Positions 40,522 to 53,213 of a stretch of 64,000 nucleotides of DNA are shown piece after piece. The position numbers and the translations under genes are program-made. The number at the start of each line of letters is the position of its first letter. Within the stretch, counting starts at the first letter, position 1. The stretch is from the human T2T-CHM13v2.0 reference genome, Homo sapiens, in the NCBI RefSeq assembly GCF_009914755.1, contig NC_060938.1, one strand, 5' to 3'. The notes below the pieces were generated by a model. The model was given only the letters and a program-made list of their open reading frames with translations. It was not told where the DNA came from and searched no databases.

Positions 40522-41196
40522 GTTGTTACAGTTACAGTTGTTGATTTGTAGTCCATTTTATCTAAGTATAACTACTCCTGCTCTGTTTTGGCTCCCAGTT
40601 GCATGGAATATCACTTTTCACCCCTTCACTTACAGTCTATATGTGTCTTTAGAGACGAAGTGGATTTCCTGTAGGTAACACATAGTTGAGTCTTATTTCT
40701 TTATCCATTCAGGCACTCTATGTCTTTGCCTTGGAGAAGTGAGTTAATTTACATTAAATGTTATTATTGATAAGTAAGGACTTACTCCTGCCATTTGTCA
40801 TTTGTTTTCTGGTTGTTTTATAACTCCTTTCTCCCTTTTTTACTTTCTTCATATGTGGTTTCAGTGATTTTCTCTGGTAGTATCTTTTAATTTGTTGCTT
40901 TTTATTTTTAGTTAATCTGTTGTAGGTATTTGCATTGTGGTTACCATGACGCTTATAAAAAATACCTTATAACAAGTTATTTTAAAAAGATGACAACTTA
41001 TCTTAGATCACAGAAATGGGAACAGAAACTGAAAAAATGGGAAAAATCTTTTACACTTTACTTCCATCTTCCCCACATTTAGACTCGTATTGTCTCAATT
41101 TGCATATTTTATATTACCTATCTCTTAACAGGTTGTTGTAGCTCCTATTGTTTGTGATATATTTATCTATTCGCCTTCATACTGGAGTTATGATTG

Positions 41197-41730
41197 TGTG
41201 TCCAGAGTTGGTTCCTTCCGGTGGGTTCGTGGTCTCGCTGACTTCAAGAATGAAGCCGCGGACCTTTGCAGTGAGTGTTACAGCTCTTAAAGGTGGCGTG
41301 GACCAAAAGAGTGAGCAGCAGCAAGATTTATTGTGAAGAGTATAAGAACAAACCTTCCACAGGGTGGAAGGGGAATCAAGCAGGTTGCCCCTGCTGACTA
41401 GGGTTGGCCAGCTTTTATTCCCTTATTTGTCCCCGCCCATGTCCTGCTGATTGGTCCATTTTACAGTGTGCTGATTTGTCCATTTTACAGAGGGCTGATT
41501 GGTCCATTTTACAAATCTCTAGCTAGCCACAGAGCGGTGATTGGTGCGTTTTTACAGAGCACTGATTGGTGTATTTTACAAACCTCTAGCTAGCTGTAGA
41601 GCACTGATTGGTACGTTTTACAATTCTAGCTACAGAGTACTGACTGGTGCATTTTACAATCCTCTTGTAAGACATAAAAGTTCTCCAAGTCCCTGGTTGA
41701 CCCAGGAAGTCCAGCTGGCTTCACCTCTCA
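41197..41730 (-). mobile_element. ERV9 LTR (LTR12 family, LTR12F-like), 3' LTR
   Basis: Minus strand starts tgagaggtgaagccagctggacttcctggg and ends ..gaccacgaacccaccggaaggaaccaactctggacaca; tandem CCAAT-box repeats. Confidence 0.88.
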
Positions 41731-41946
41731 ATGCCCCCTTTAGACAGGACACCCCAACTGCTGTTGGGAATTGGGCGATGCTTGCTCTAGCTACTTCCTG
41801 CTGGAAAGGGGCACAGAAGGGGCCCTACAGTGGTAGTGTCCTCCAGAGGGGAACTCTCTAGGCCAGCCAAAGGGTCAGTGGGTTGGTCCAGGGGTCCTCG
41901 GTAGAAGTTGTTCATTGAGCTCATTTGGGGTTCCATTGGTAAGACA
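41731..41946 (-). pseudogene. ERV9 internal remnant: env cytoplasmic tail plus polypurine tract
   Basis: 41936-41787 (minus) translates MEPQMSSMNNFYRGPLDQPTDPLAGLESSPLEDTTTVGPLLCPFPAGSS*, resembling the HERV-W/syncytin-1 C-terminus; PPT-like aaagggggcat directly before the LTR. Confidence 0.8.
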
Positions 41947-42689
41947 TCTTACTGCTTTTAGGATTCTGTCTTCATTCATGACCTCTGATTGATTATTGTA
42001 TGCCTTGGAGTAGTCTTATTTGGGTCCTATCCATTTGGTGTTCTCTGACCTTCCTGTACCTGAATATTTATATCCTTGTGAAGATTTGGAAAGTTCTATT
42101 ATTATTTCTTTGAATAAGCTTTCTACCCCTTGATCTTCCTCAACTCCCTCTTGAACATCAATAAAATAATTTCTAGATTTGTTGTTTTGATGTGATTTTC
42201 TGTATCTTACCGGTGATCTTCATTGCTCTTCATGCTTTTTGCTTTTTTCTTCTCTGTGTATTTTCAAATAGCCTATCTTTGAGCTCACTGACTCTTTCCT
42301 CTGCTTGATCCATTCTACTGTTGAGAGCTTCTAACGAACTTTTCAGTTGAACAAATATATATCTCAGTTCCAAGGTTAATGTTTGGTTTTTAATTATTTC
42401 AATCTGTTCATTAAATTTTTATCATAAATTTTGAATTGCTTTTCTGTGTTACCTTGGAGATCACTGTGTTTTCTTAAAACTACTATTTTGAGCTCTTGGT
42501 TAGGGAGCTCACATATTGCTGTTTCATTAGGGCCAGTTACTGTTTCATTGCTCTGTCCACTTGGGAAGATCATGGTTTCCTGTTTACTATTGTTTCTTTT
42601 GGATGTATGTACATGTCTTTGCATTGGAGGATTAGTTATATTTATTCCAGTGTTCTGTCTGGCTTGTTTCGCTTTTTTGTGTTTGTTTT

Positions 42690-43085
42690 TTATAATCTCA
42701 ACTTTTAGATTCAGGGGTACATGTACAGGTTTGTTACATGGGTATATCACATAATGCTGAGGTTTGTGGTACAAATGATCCCATCACCCAGGTAATGAGC
42801 GTAGTATACAAAAGGTTGTTTTTCAGCCCTTGCCCCGCTCCCTCTCTCATACCTTGGTAGTCCCCAGTGTCTATTGTTCCCATCTTTATGTCCATGTGTA
42901 CCAAATGTTTAGCTCCCACTTACAAGTGAGAACATTCAGTATGTGGTTTTCTGTTCCTGCATGAATTTGCTTATGATAATGGCCTCCAGGTACGTCCATG
43001 TTGCTGCAGAGGACATGATTTAATTCCTTTTATGGCTGTATAGTATTCCATGGTGTGTATGTATCATGTTTTCTTTATTCAATTC
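42690..43085 (-). mobile_element. 5'-truncated old L1PA 3' end nested in L1MA
   Basis: 'ggggtacatgtacaggtttgttacatgggtata..gatcccatcacccaggta..gctcccacttacaagtgagaacat'. Confidence 0.8.
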
Positions 43086-44139
43086 AGGATATATTTGATT
43101 CGAGGCTTTTTTTTTTTTTTTTACCACTTCCCCATTTTCAGTCCTAGGTGACACATTATCCCCAGGTTCACCTAAGCTCTAGTAAATGATCAGAATGCTA
43201 CCCTTCTCGGGTGAGGGAGGTGAAACATGGTATATCCTTCCAGTGTAGGAAAGCTAAGCCAGTGTTTCGTGCCCAGGGAACCTGTGGGATGCACCTCCTA
43301 CAGCGTGGTACTGCTGAACAGCCATCATGATTTAGCATCTCCTTTGGCTGAGTTTATGAGCAGAGTTTCCAGGGTCAGAGACTATAATCCCACCTCCTCC
43401 CTTTGTCTCTGCCTATCCTCAGGTATATTTGTTCCTTCAGACACTTGTGATGCTTCCCATGGGTTAAGGCAGGGACAGGTCTACTGCCAGGGCATGCAAA
43501 ATGATGGAAAGCTGGCTGTTCACCTTGATCTCACTTTTTCCAATGTTAAAACAGTAAGTTAGAGGAAAATTTTCTACATGCTTCGTGCAAGGCAGGATGG
43601 GGAGGAGGAACATCATGGATGTGGAAATCTGATATTCTTACTGTCTGTTCAGAGTTTTTTCACTTCTTTCTGGCCCCAGGGCCACATCTCATCTTCATAT
43701 TTGAGTTCTGGGATATTTCTAGTGATATTCTCTGTGCTGTTCATTTGCTTTTGGTTTCCTGTTGAGAGGAGTGAAGTCAGCCTGCTCGTACATTGCCATT
43801 TTGAAACCAGAAGTCTCTGGTTTCTTGAGATTTCCTCTTTGATCCATAGATTATTCAGAAGTTTATGGTTTAGTTTCCAAGTGTATAGGAATTTTCCTGT
43901 TATCTTTCTGTTACTGATTTCAACTTTGCTTCCACTGTGGTCAGAGAAGTTACTCTATAATTTCAATTCTTTTAAATTTGTTTAGGTTTATTTTTATGGT
44001 CACAGATATGGTCTATATTGGTAAAAACAATGTGTATTATTCTGTCAGCTGGAGTGTTCTACAAATATCAATTCGATCCTGTTGATTTGTGTTGCTGAGT
44101 TCTTCTATATGCTTGCTAGTTGTCTGTCTAGTCATTCTA

Positions 44140-46330
44140 TCATATACCATTAAAGTGACTTGTATCCAAAATATACAGAGAACTTCTAGATATTTAACCA
44201 ATTTATGTGAAAACTTACATCCACACAAAAATCCACATGCAAATGTTTTTAACAGCCTTATTCGTAATTGCCAAAAGTTGGAATCAACCAAGATTTACTT
44301 CAATAGGTAAATGGATAAGCAAATTATGCTGCATCCATACAATGGACTCTTATTCAATAATAAAAGGAAATGAGCCATCAAGCAACCAAAAAAGACATCC
44401 TTACATGCATATTGCTGAGTAAAAGAAGCCAGTGTGAAAAGAATACATATTATATGGTTCTAACTTTATGACATTGTAGTAAAAGTAAAATTATAAGAAC
44501 AGTAAAATGATCAGTGTTTGCCCAGAGTTTTTGAAAAGAAAGATATAGGTGAATGGATAAAGCTGAACAGATTTTTTAGAGCAGTAACACTATTTGATAT
44601 GAAGTAGAAATACGGAAACATGACATTATACATTTGTCAAAACTCATAGAACTTTATCACAAGGAAGGCTTAATATATGCAAATTGCATTTGATGGATCC
44701 CAGAAAGCAATGAGGACTCTGCCAAGAGAATTTAAATGCATTACAAAATAAATAAAACAACCTCATGGAAGCGGGTGGAGGGGAAAAGTACTGACCTAAA
44801 TAACTTTGGATATGAGTGGAGTCTGTAAGACTAAAGGTAAAAGCAACTGCACATAAGCGCTTTAGTTGATAAAGTTGTATCCCATGGAGGTATGGGTTAA
44901 CAATTCTAATTTTAATATATATGTATACTGGAATTGAACAGTTAATAAATGGATGGCAGGTAGTGAGACAGGTTTCTCACTGTCACAGTGGGAAATCACA
45001 TATGTACAAGCAAGGGGAAGAGGCTAGAATGATCCATGTGATCCTAGGTAATGAATTAGAGTTGGAGACATCAGTATGAACTCATATCTAGCTTTAACAT
45101 AGATACAAATGGTTACATACAGAAATATTTGTTTTATATATATATATATGCACACACAGGTTAGTTTACACACGTATTCCTTTGCTTTGTCAGCAGAGAG
45201 GGTCTAAAATAAATGACATATCAATATGAAATGATATAATTAATGCTGAAATCTTAGTTTTTATTACCATTTGGCAATAAAAGGAGCCTGGGTTCCTTGG
45301 AGAAGTGGCTGATTCTGGGACCAAGGCAGGAAATATACAAGATGAACCTGGTATATCTCGTAGTGCTTAAAAGTAAGGAAGCACTCAAGAAAACAAACTA
45401 CAACAAAACACACATTGGCGGGTATATATTAAAGGGGCATAGGAGTCAATTGACATCTCCCGATGACCAAAGATGTAAAAATGTGAGCAACAAAATAAGC
45501 AACAAGCAGTATCTTATTATAATCCAAAGTATAAAATAAACATCCATGACTCCATGCTTATACAAATAACTTTTTGCACAAATTAATTCATGAGGGAGAA
45601 GAGACAAATGTCCTGTGCATATAATTTCCAAATAATTTATATAGATGCTCCACCCTCAAGGAAGGGGCACATAACTCCTCACTTCTTAGGCATGGGCTAC
45701 ATACAGTGACTTCCTTCCAAAGAGTACAGAACTGGGGTCAGGTTGGGGAAGAGTAACTTTGCTATGGGGAGCACCTGACAAATACCTCAGCTAAGAGATC
45801 AAGATCAGTATCAACATTCATTAGTCAGATTGATAGCATATACCTGTGATATGATGTAATAAAAATGGCTGTATATCTCTATAGTCTTCTTCCAAAAATC
45901 CCATAACCCTAATCTTATCATCAGAAAATATCAGACAGACACCAGAAGTGGGCATTCTGCAAAAAAAAAAAAAACTGACCAGCACTTACCAAAGCTATCA
46001 AGGTCATCAAAAACAAGGAAAGCCTGAGCATCTATCACTGCCAAGAAAAGCATAAGGAGACATGACAGCTAAATGTAATTTGGTAATCTGAATGGGATCC
46101 TGAAACAGAAAAAGGGTATTAAGTACAAAGTAAGAAGCATGAATAAACTGTGGGCTTTAGTTAATAATAATGTGTCAATATTGGCTCATTAATTGCCACA
46201 AAGGTTCCATAATAATACAAGATGTTAAATGTAGGGGAAACATGGTACAGAGAATATGGGAACTCCCTATACTATCTTCTGCATTTTTCTGTAAATCCAA
46301 AACTGTTCTTAAAAATGAAGTCAATTTAAT
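44140..46330 (+). mobile_element. Old L1MC-like 3' region
   Basis: ORF2 C-terminal relic (ALFVIAKSWNQP) and L1MC-type 3'UTR ending 'actatcttctgcatttttctgtaaatccaaaactgttcttaaaaatgaagt'. Confidence 0.65.
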
Positions 46331-46349
46331 CAAATAATAACGGGATATT

Positions 46350-48780
46350 CTATACAACTGTCAAGGAGCAAATGATTTCAATATTATTTAAATTGTTCCT
46401 GAGTGTAGTAAAACGTAAACATTTCTCAATTCATGTTATGAGTCTGGGATAATCTTATTACAAAACTAGAAAATGATAGTAGAAAAAAGGGAAAATGTAG
46501 GTGAATATTCATTGTGAACATGGATGTGAAAACTTCAAAAATAAGATACTAACATATCAAATCTAAAAGTATATTTTTAAAAGATACATCAGGATAAAGA
46601 TGGATTTATTTCAAGGACACAAAGATGGTTAACTGATTAACATGAATCACTGCATTAACAGATTAAGGGAGAAAAGTCATATGACCTTCTCAATTGATGC
46701 AGAAAAAGCATTTGATAAAATTCCAAACCTGTTTATGAATAACGACTCTTAGCAAGCAATGATTCGAAGGGAACTTCCTTAATTTGACAAAGCAAATATA
46801 GTTAATAATTAGATATTGTTAGTATTCTCTTTAAAGTTAGGAATAAGACAGAGTCCAAGTATACTTCTGTCCAATATTGTACAAAGTAAAAAAAAAATGA
46901 TACAAGCATTGAAAAGGACAAGTAATCTCCCATGATTACTACATGGGAATTATTAAAAAATCAGTAGTCTTTTAGAAGTAATGGAAGAGTTCATCAAGTT
47001 TGTTGGATAGAAGATCAGGATACATCAGTTGCTGTCCTATAAACCCAAGGTGTATTTTTTAAAGGGACCAAATTTCATATTTACTGTTTATTTCATGATG
47101 TAGAGATTGTAACTGTAACAGTTTCTGAGCATTCCTCATTTCATCAAAATGGATTTAATAAATGTCTAACTGGTGAAGATACTGTATTAGGTGCTATACA
47201 ATAGGTTCTATGCAGAATCGACCCTCTAGAAGTTTATAATTTTGGGGCACCCTGCACTAACAGACGGAAATACACTAACTGCAGAACAGAAATAATAAGC
47301 CAGTACATATATGAACACTAAAATGTTTAGATTTAAGTTTAAAATTACAAATAAAGAGACTTTATCTCAACCTTTTTATTGTGAAAAATTTCAAACATAT
47401 ACCAAATTGAAAGAATTTTACAGTGAATACTTAAGATTCTACTATTAACATTTTATTGTAGTTGCTTTATATCTGTCATCTATTCGGCCAAAAGAAATTA
47501 AAAAAGAAAAACACTGACAACATCTAGCATTGTCAGGAGAAGCAGCAACAGTGTGTTGATAGGAATGTAAATTGGTACAAACACTATGGAAAATTACTTT
47601 TATACAGTAAAACTGCACATCTGCTTATTCCTGTGACTCATAAAATCTGCTTCTAGCTATTTACCCTAGAACATTAGCTTTCAAATGTTTTTGACCATAA
47701 GCCACAGTAAGAAATGTACTTAACATTGTAATTCAGTACACACACACATATGTATATATATGTCTCTATGTATGTGGGTATGCATATATGCATATATATC
47801 TACATAAACAATATGCACACACATACATATACAAAAGGCACAAACTTTTCTGAGTCAATATTTATCCTAACTTCCAGGAAAGCATTCTGATATTTTCTGT
47901 TCTGTTCTTTTTTAAAAAATGCTAGTTATGGCAACTGAAGTCAGTTTACTGCCCTGTTAATTGGTCGTGACCTACAATTTGAAGAACACTGTCCTAGAGA
48001 AAGCTGTGCACATATGTAATATTGTGCAGCATTGAAAATGAACTATAGCTATGCATATCAGCATGGAGGAGTTTCACAAACACAGTGTTGAGTGAGAAAA
48101 CCAAGTTGTATAAGAATATGCACAGTATGATTTCATTTGTATATAAATTTCAAAAGCATGCTAAAATGAAAATATATTTAGATAAACATATGTGGAAAAG
48201 TTTTTTTTAAGTGAATGATTTATATAAGCACCACATGGATGAACCTTGAAAACATGTTAAGTAAAAGAAGCAAGTCACAAAAGGTGACATATTATATGTT
48301 TCCCTTTATATGAAATGTCTAGAATAGGCAAGTCTGTATGGACAGAAAATAGCTTAGTGAATGCCTAGGGCTGGGAGTTGCAAGAAAATGTGGAATGACT
48401 GCTAATGGGTATGGGATTTTTTTGTGGAGGGTGATGAAAATGTTCTAAAATGGATTACCAGGATGATTGTACAACTCTGAGAATATACTTTAAAAACTAT
48501 TGAATTGTATCCTTTAAATGGGTAAGTTGTATGGTATATGAATTTTATATTGATAGAGCTGTTTTACAAAAAAGTAAGAATGTTTTAAAATTCAGGATAA
48601 TAGTTATTTGGAGAAGAAGGGACTTGAGATCAAGTCAAGGCACGCAGTACTCTTTGAAAGTATCAGTGATAGTCTATTGCTTCACCTAGGTAGTAGGCAC
48701 ATCAGTGGGATTTTTATTGTTATTGTCTGTTTTATACACGTCATACCTTGTTGTGTATTTAATATTTAACAGAAATTTTA
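46350..48780 (+). mobile_element. Patchwork of very old L1M fragments with a hAT-like insert and an alternating purine-pyrimidine tract (~47735-47832)
   Basis: 'tcaattgatgcagaaaaagcatttgataaaattc' ORF2 relic; L1MB/ME-like 3' end at 48230-48570. Confidence 0.5.
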
Positions 48781-50063
48781 AGAGAAGCAATATTTTTCAT
48801 ATTCTTCTATTCTCATGCCTGTTGTGATCAAGTTTAACATAGAATATTGAACTTCTAGTGTAAATCTAGATTAGGACCAGTTTTCATCCAAATATGTCCT
48901 GTTTTTAAAAATTACTCTTTTTGTATTAAACTTTCAAAAAAATTGGAATAAAAAGGTAACTATCCCATTATATAGTCTGTGGGTCAGAATATTCTTAACT
49001 ATAACCTGTTCGCTTTTCTTCATCACCTTTGCAACCACCCTAATTCACCTGTTACATTTTTCGACATTCTCTTAACTGTATTCCTTGCTTCCTTTCTTGC
49101 ACCTCTCCAAACAACTTTCTACTTTGCAGCCAGAAATATCTTTTGAAAATACAGATATTAGTATGTTATTTCTCTGCTCAAAATTTTTTAGCAAAATCTC
49201 ACTCTCCACTGTAGATAAAGACTGAATTCTTTAAGATTACTTTCCAGGGCCTATATATAATTTGTCACTGCTGCTTTTTGCATCAGCTTCCACCCACACT
49301 TGTTGTTGTTTTTACCACACATATCAGGTTCTATTGTTAGCTTCTGAGTACTTTGTACATGCCCTTTTCTCTGCCTTGAATGTTCTTCCTTCTCTCTTTA
49401 CCTCTGTAACAACTACCAGTTCTTCAGGCAGAAGCTTAGATTTTTTCCTTCCTTATAGAAGCCTTCTCTTAACTACCCCTACCCTTCCTTACCTAAGACT
49501 AAAATGCCCTTCCTATTGTTCCCAAAGGATTTTTGCTTAATATACATTTACATTTATTTAAAATATGCTTTATATTTTATATACATAAACAAAAACAATG
49601 CGCTATGTAACATGCTGAATCAGATACATGAGAGAAAATAAACTAAGAATGAGTCAACTCGTATTTAGTGTTTTTTGTTATCAGACTTTCTTTTCTTTAT
49701 ATCTTCTGTCATCCCCTTTCAGTTCATCTTAGACTATTATTCCTGAAATAGTGCTTGGTAATATTAGTAATAGCAGAATCCATGTATCATCTCCAATGCC
49801 TTAAGAATACATTCTAGCTCTTTACAGTGAATTCATGACTTCTACTGTCTTAATTCTAATGTACTTTTTAAGGAAAGATGGACCAAATATTTATTTAATG
49901 CCTATTATGTACTAGATTATACTGTACCTTATATTTCAAAGATTATGTTAACCCTTTTAACAACTCAGGTTATGGAAACTAAGGATTAAAGAAGTTTAGT
50001 AATGAAGACAGGATTACACTAATAGTAAATAGTAGTACCAAAACTCAAGCACAGTTTATCACA

Positions 50064-50270
50064 GCAGTTCTCAAACTTTTCCATGGATGAGAGTCAACTA
50101 GAGAACTTGTTAAGATACAGATTACTGGACCCCACCCTCATAGTTTTTTATCCAATATATCAGCAACAGAGAGGAGGGGATAAGGGTGGTATGGGACATT
50201 TTGCCTTTCCAACAAATTCCTGTATGATGCATATGTTTCTGGTCCAGAGACCACAAATTGAAAAATACTA
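50064..50270. mobile_element. MER5-like hAT MITE
   Basis: cagttctcaaactt...cttgttaagatacagattactggaccccaccc...ccagagaccacaaattgaaaaatact. Confidence 0.6.
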
Positions 50271-50444
50271 ATCTGTCAGACAGCAACATCTTTCCACTGG
50301 TCCTTCTTAGCCTCATATTACTCCTCTATAAGTAAGCAAGTGGATGCTTGCTGGTGAGAGACAATATACTCAAAATGCACTTGGTGCTTTTTTTAACTCT
50401 ATGCTTTTGCATTATTTTTCCCCTCCTCCTAAACTGCCCTTCTT

Positions 50445-50752
50445 TTTGATTTTTGTTTTGTTTTGTTTTTTTGAGACGAAGTCTTACTACTGTCACCCAG
50501 GCTGGAGTGCAATGGCACAATCTCTGCTCATTGCAACCTCCGCCTCCCAGATTCAAGCGATTCTTCTGCCTCAGGCTCCTGAGTAGCTAGGATTACAGGA
50601 ACCTGCTACCACACCCGGCTAATTTTTTGTATTTTTAGTAGAGACAGGGTTTCACTATATTGGCCAGGCTGGTCTCGAACTCTGACCTTGTGATCCTCCC
50701 ACCTCGGCTTCCCAAAGTGCTGGGATTACAGGCATGAGCCACCACACTGGCT
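50445..50752 (-). mobile_element. Alu (AluS-like)
   Basis: Reverse-complement Alu with (TTTTG)n tail. Confidence 0.95.
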
Positions 50753-53039
50753 ACTTTTTTTTAACCTATGGTACTTTATACCAATTTGTGTTACTACTTA
50801 CTATCTTGTGTTGTAGTTGTTTATATGCTTTAATGTTCTACATTTTACAATTATAAACTTCTTAAGCATTTGGGTTGCATTTATTCCATAATACTTAGTA
50901 CAGATCTTTAGCTATTTGATAAATATTGGAATATGCTAAAACTTTGGTGCTTATAGTTTTTAAATTATTGAATGATATAATGTTTGTAAAAATACTTTAT
51001 TAATCCTAAAGCATTATATAGAGGAGGAGTACTTTCTTCTTGCAGTGACTCTGGACATTCTATAGATGAAAAAGTATGTCTTAAAATTAATTTTTAAACA
51101 CTTCAAAGAGATCAGGGAAATGAGAAAGAATACATAAATCTCTGATGTAATGTTTTGACAAAATAGTAAAAAAAAAAATTGATGGGAAATAACAAATGTA
51201 ATCTCCTGGCTGTATAGAAACCTTTAATTATATCACATATGCATACATACACACACACAGAAAAATAGTGGTCTGGATGTAACTGTTGGTTATATTAGCA
51301 CTGCTACTAAGGTGTCAACCTAGAGCAAGTGAAGTATTATTGGAGACATAAAAAGCCTGGATTTGATTACCAAAAATTGGAATAAAAAGAATTAACTAAG
51401 TTTTCACTTGCCACTAACCTTCTAATGGAGGGAGTTACAACATTCTTGGAAAATAAAATCCAACACATTTCATAACGTGATAAAATTGTTACAGTGATGT
51501 CAGTAAGGATAAGTTAATGGACATTAATAAACACAAGATGGAATGAACTTACTGGATAAAATTACAAAAATCCCAGAGCTATGTATTAATCAAATTCTTT
51601 GTACTCCAAATTATTTTTCCATATTTTGTAGGTAACTATATTTGTCTTTCCTTCATAGAAATATTGGGAGGATAATATGCAGTAATTGTTATGGTAATAT
51701 TTCTAGTTTTTAGAAGGAAAGGTGCTACAAACTTCCGGATGTAGCTAATACTATATTCTACGAGGGATTATTGTGCTCTTAGTTAAAATTCTAGATTTAT
51801 TCAATAAATTGCTAGATTTGCTTACATGAAAATAGAGAACTTAATATTGATGACATTCCAATCATATTACTGGTGATATTATAATCAATTAGCTATCATA
51901 TTGACAAAAAGCTAAAATGTAGCATTTTAGTTTGGAAAGAAAAACAAAATTCCTAAGTAAACAGGAACATATTAAGAACTATATAATTACCCAGTGCCAT
52001 TTTGTCACTAAAGTACTTTATCCAATTCTGACTGCCAGAACTAAAACAGATTTTGAAGAAATATCATTAAGATTAAAGGTCAGAAAATAGCCTTAAAGTT
52101 TTTAATGAAATAATGAATAGTTTTTCTAGTAAGAAGAAGGCCAGCAGGTGATTCAGTAAACATTTTCAGATATATGGAAAGTTGTAAATAAATGGCAATC
52201 TTCTCTTTCAGATTGTAAGTAGGACAAGAAGAAAAAGTAATAAAATATAGGACAGTTTTAGGTTATTTCAGAGAATAAGAGTGGTTAAAGAAAAACTCAG
52301 TCAAGACATTTGGGGAAGAGTGTTCTTACATTACTTTAAAAATACTGTAAAATTTTAAAAATAGCATAATCTCTTTGTTTTCAAATTATGAAAATGAGAT
52401 AATGTTACCAGATCAGAGTAACACAACCAGTCAATGACAGCATAATTCCAGCTCTCATATGAAAATCTAGGCCTTTGCTCCTTGACTCCAGTCTTCCACT
52501 GCTTTTCCATTTTTTTATGTTTCTTAACCAGTTAGTTTAAATGTAGCCTGGAAATTGACAATTATCTCTGAAAGATGTTTCTAGCTTAAAATGCCTGTGA
52601 TTATCAGTGGGTCTATTAATGAATGAGCTCTCCAACCTCTTCCCTTCTGCCATTCACTTGTGAAAAACCTTGTTTTACTTTAAAACTTATAGACTTCCTG
52701 AGAAGCAAGAGCTCAAATCTAAATCTTAAGTGCTTTTTGTGTTAGACTTTTGAACATAAATATCACTAGGCATTTTTAATGCACTATCTCAAACTCTTAA
52801 ACAATTGTATAAAATATGAAGAAGCTGAAGTTAGACAAAATAGGTAATTAGACTTGGTCAGATTGCTTAAAAGTAGGTAAATTATTCTGATTCCACATTC
52901 AGTACATTTTTTCCAATTTGCCATACTAACCATAATGTAAAAACTTCAACCAGAATGCCTAATTTGTATAGCAAGCAGTGAATGTCTTAAGATAACACTT
53001 TTATTCCTAAAACAGTTGTTCACATGTAAAGTAAAATGA

Positions 53040-53210
<171 letters not shown>

Positions 53211-53213
53211 TAG

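Larger units (their letters stand above)
37575..43810 (-). mobile_element. L1MA-type element, antisense, carrying nested ERV9, an L1PA patch and an L1PA 3' end
   Basis: Antisense 3'UTR, ORF2 ([13 protein letters not shown], 39619-39852) and ORF1 (ELPNQELKIVVLRK, 42394-42774) relics; 5' end near 'gccattttgaaaccagaag'. Confidence 0.75.

Noticed and set aside
41440-41660. CRISPR-like repeat-spacer array
   Set aside because: Irregularly spaced, degenerate units inside an LTR12 U3 region of a mammalian genome; these are the known ERV9 CCAAT repeats
47735-47832. Alternating purine-pyrimidine tract as a functional Z-DNA or cruciform element
   Set aside because: Ordinary interrupted (CA)/(TA) low-complexity sequence within old repeats, with no supporting context
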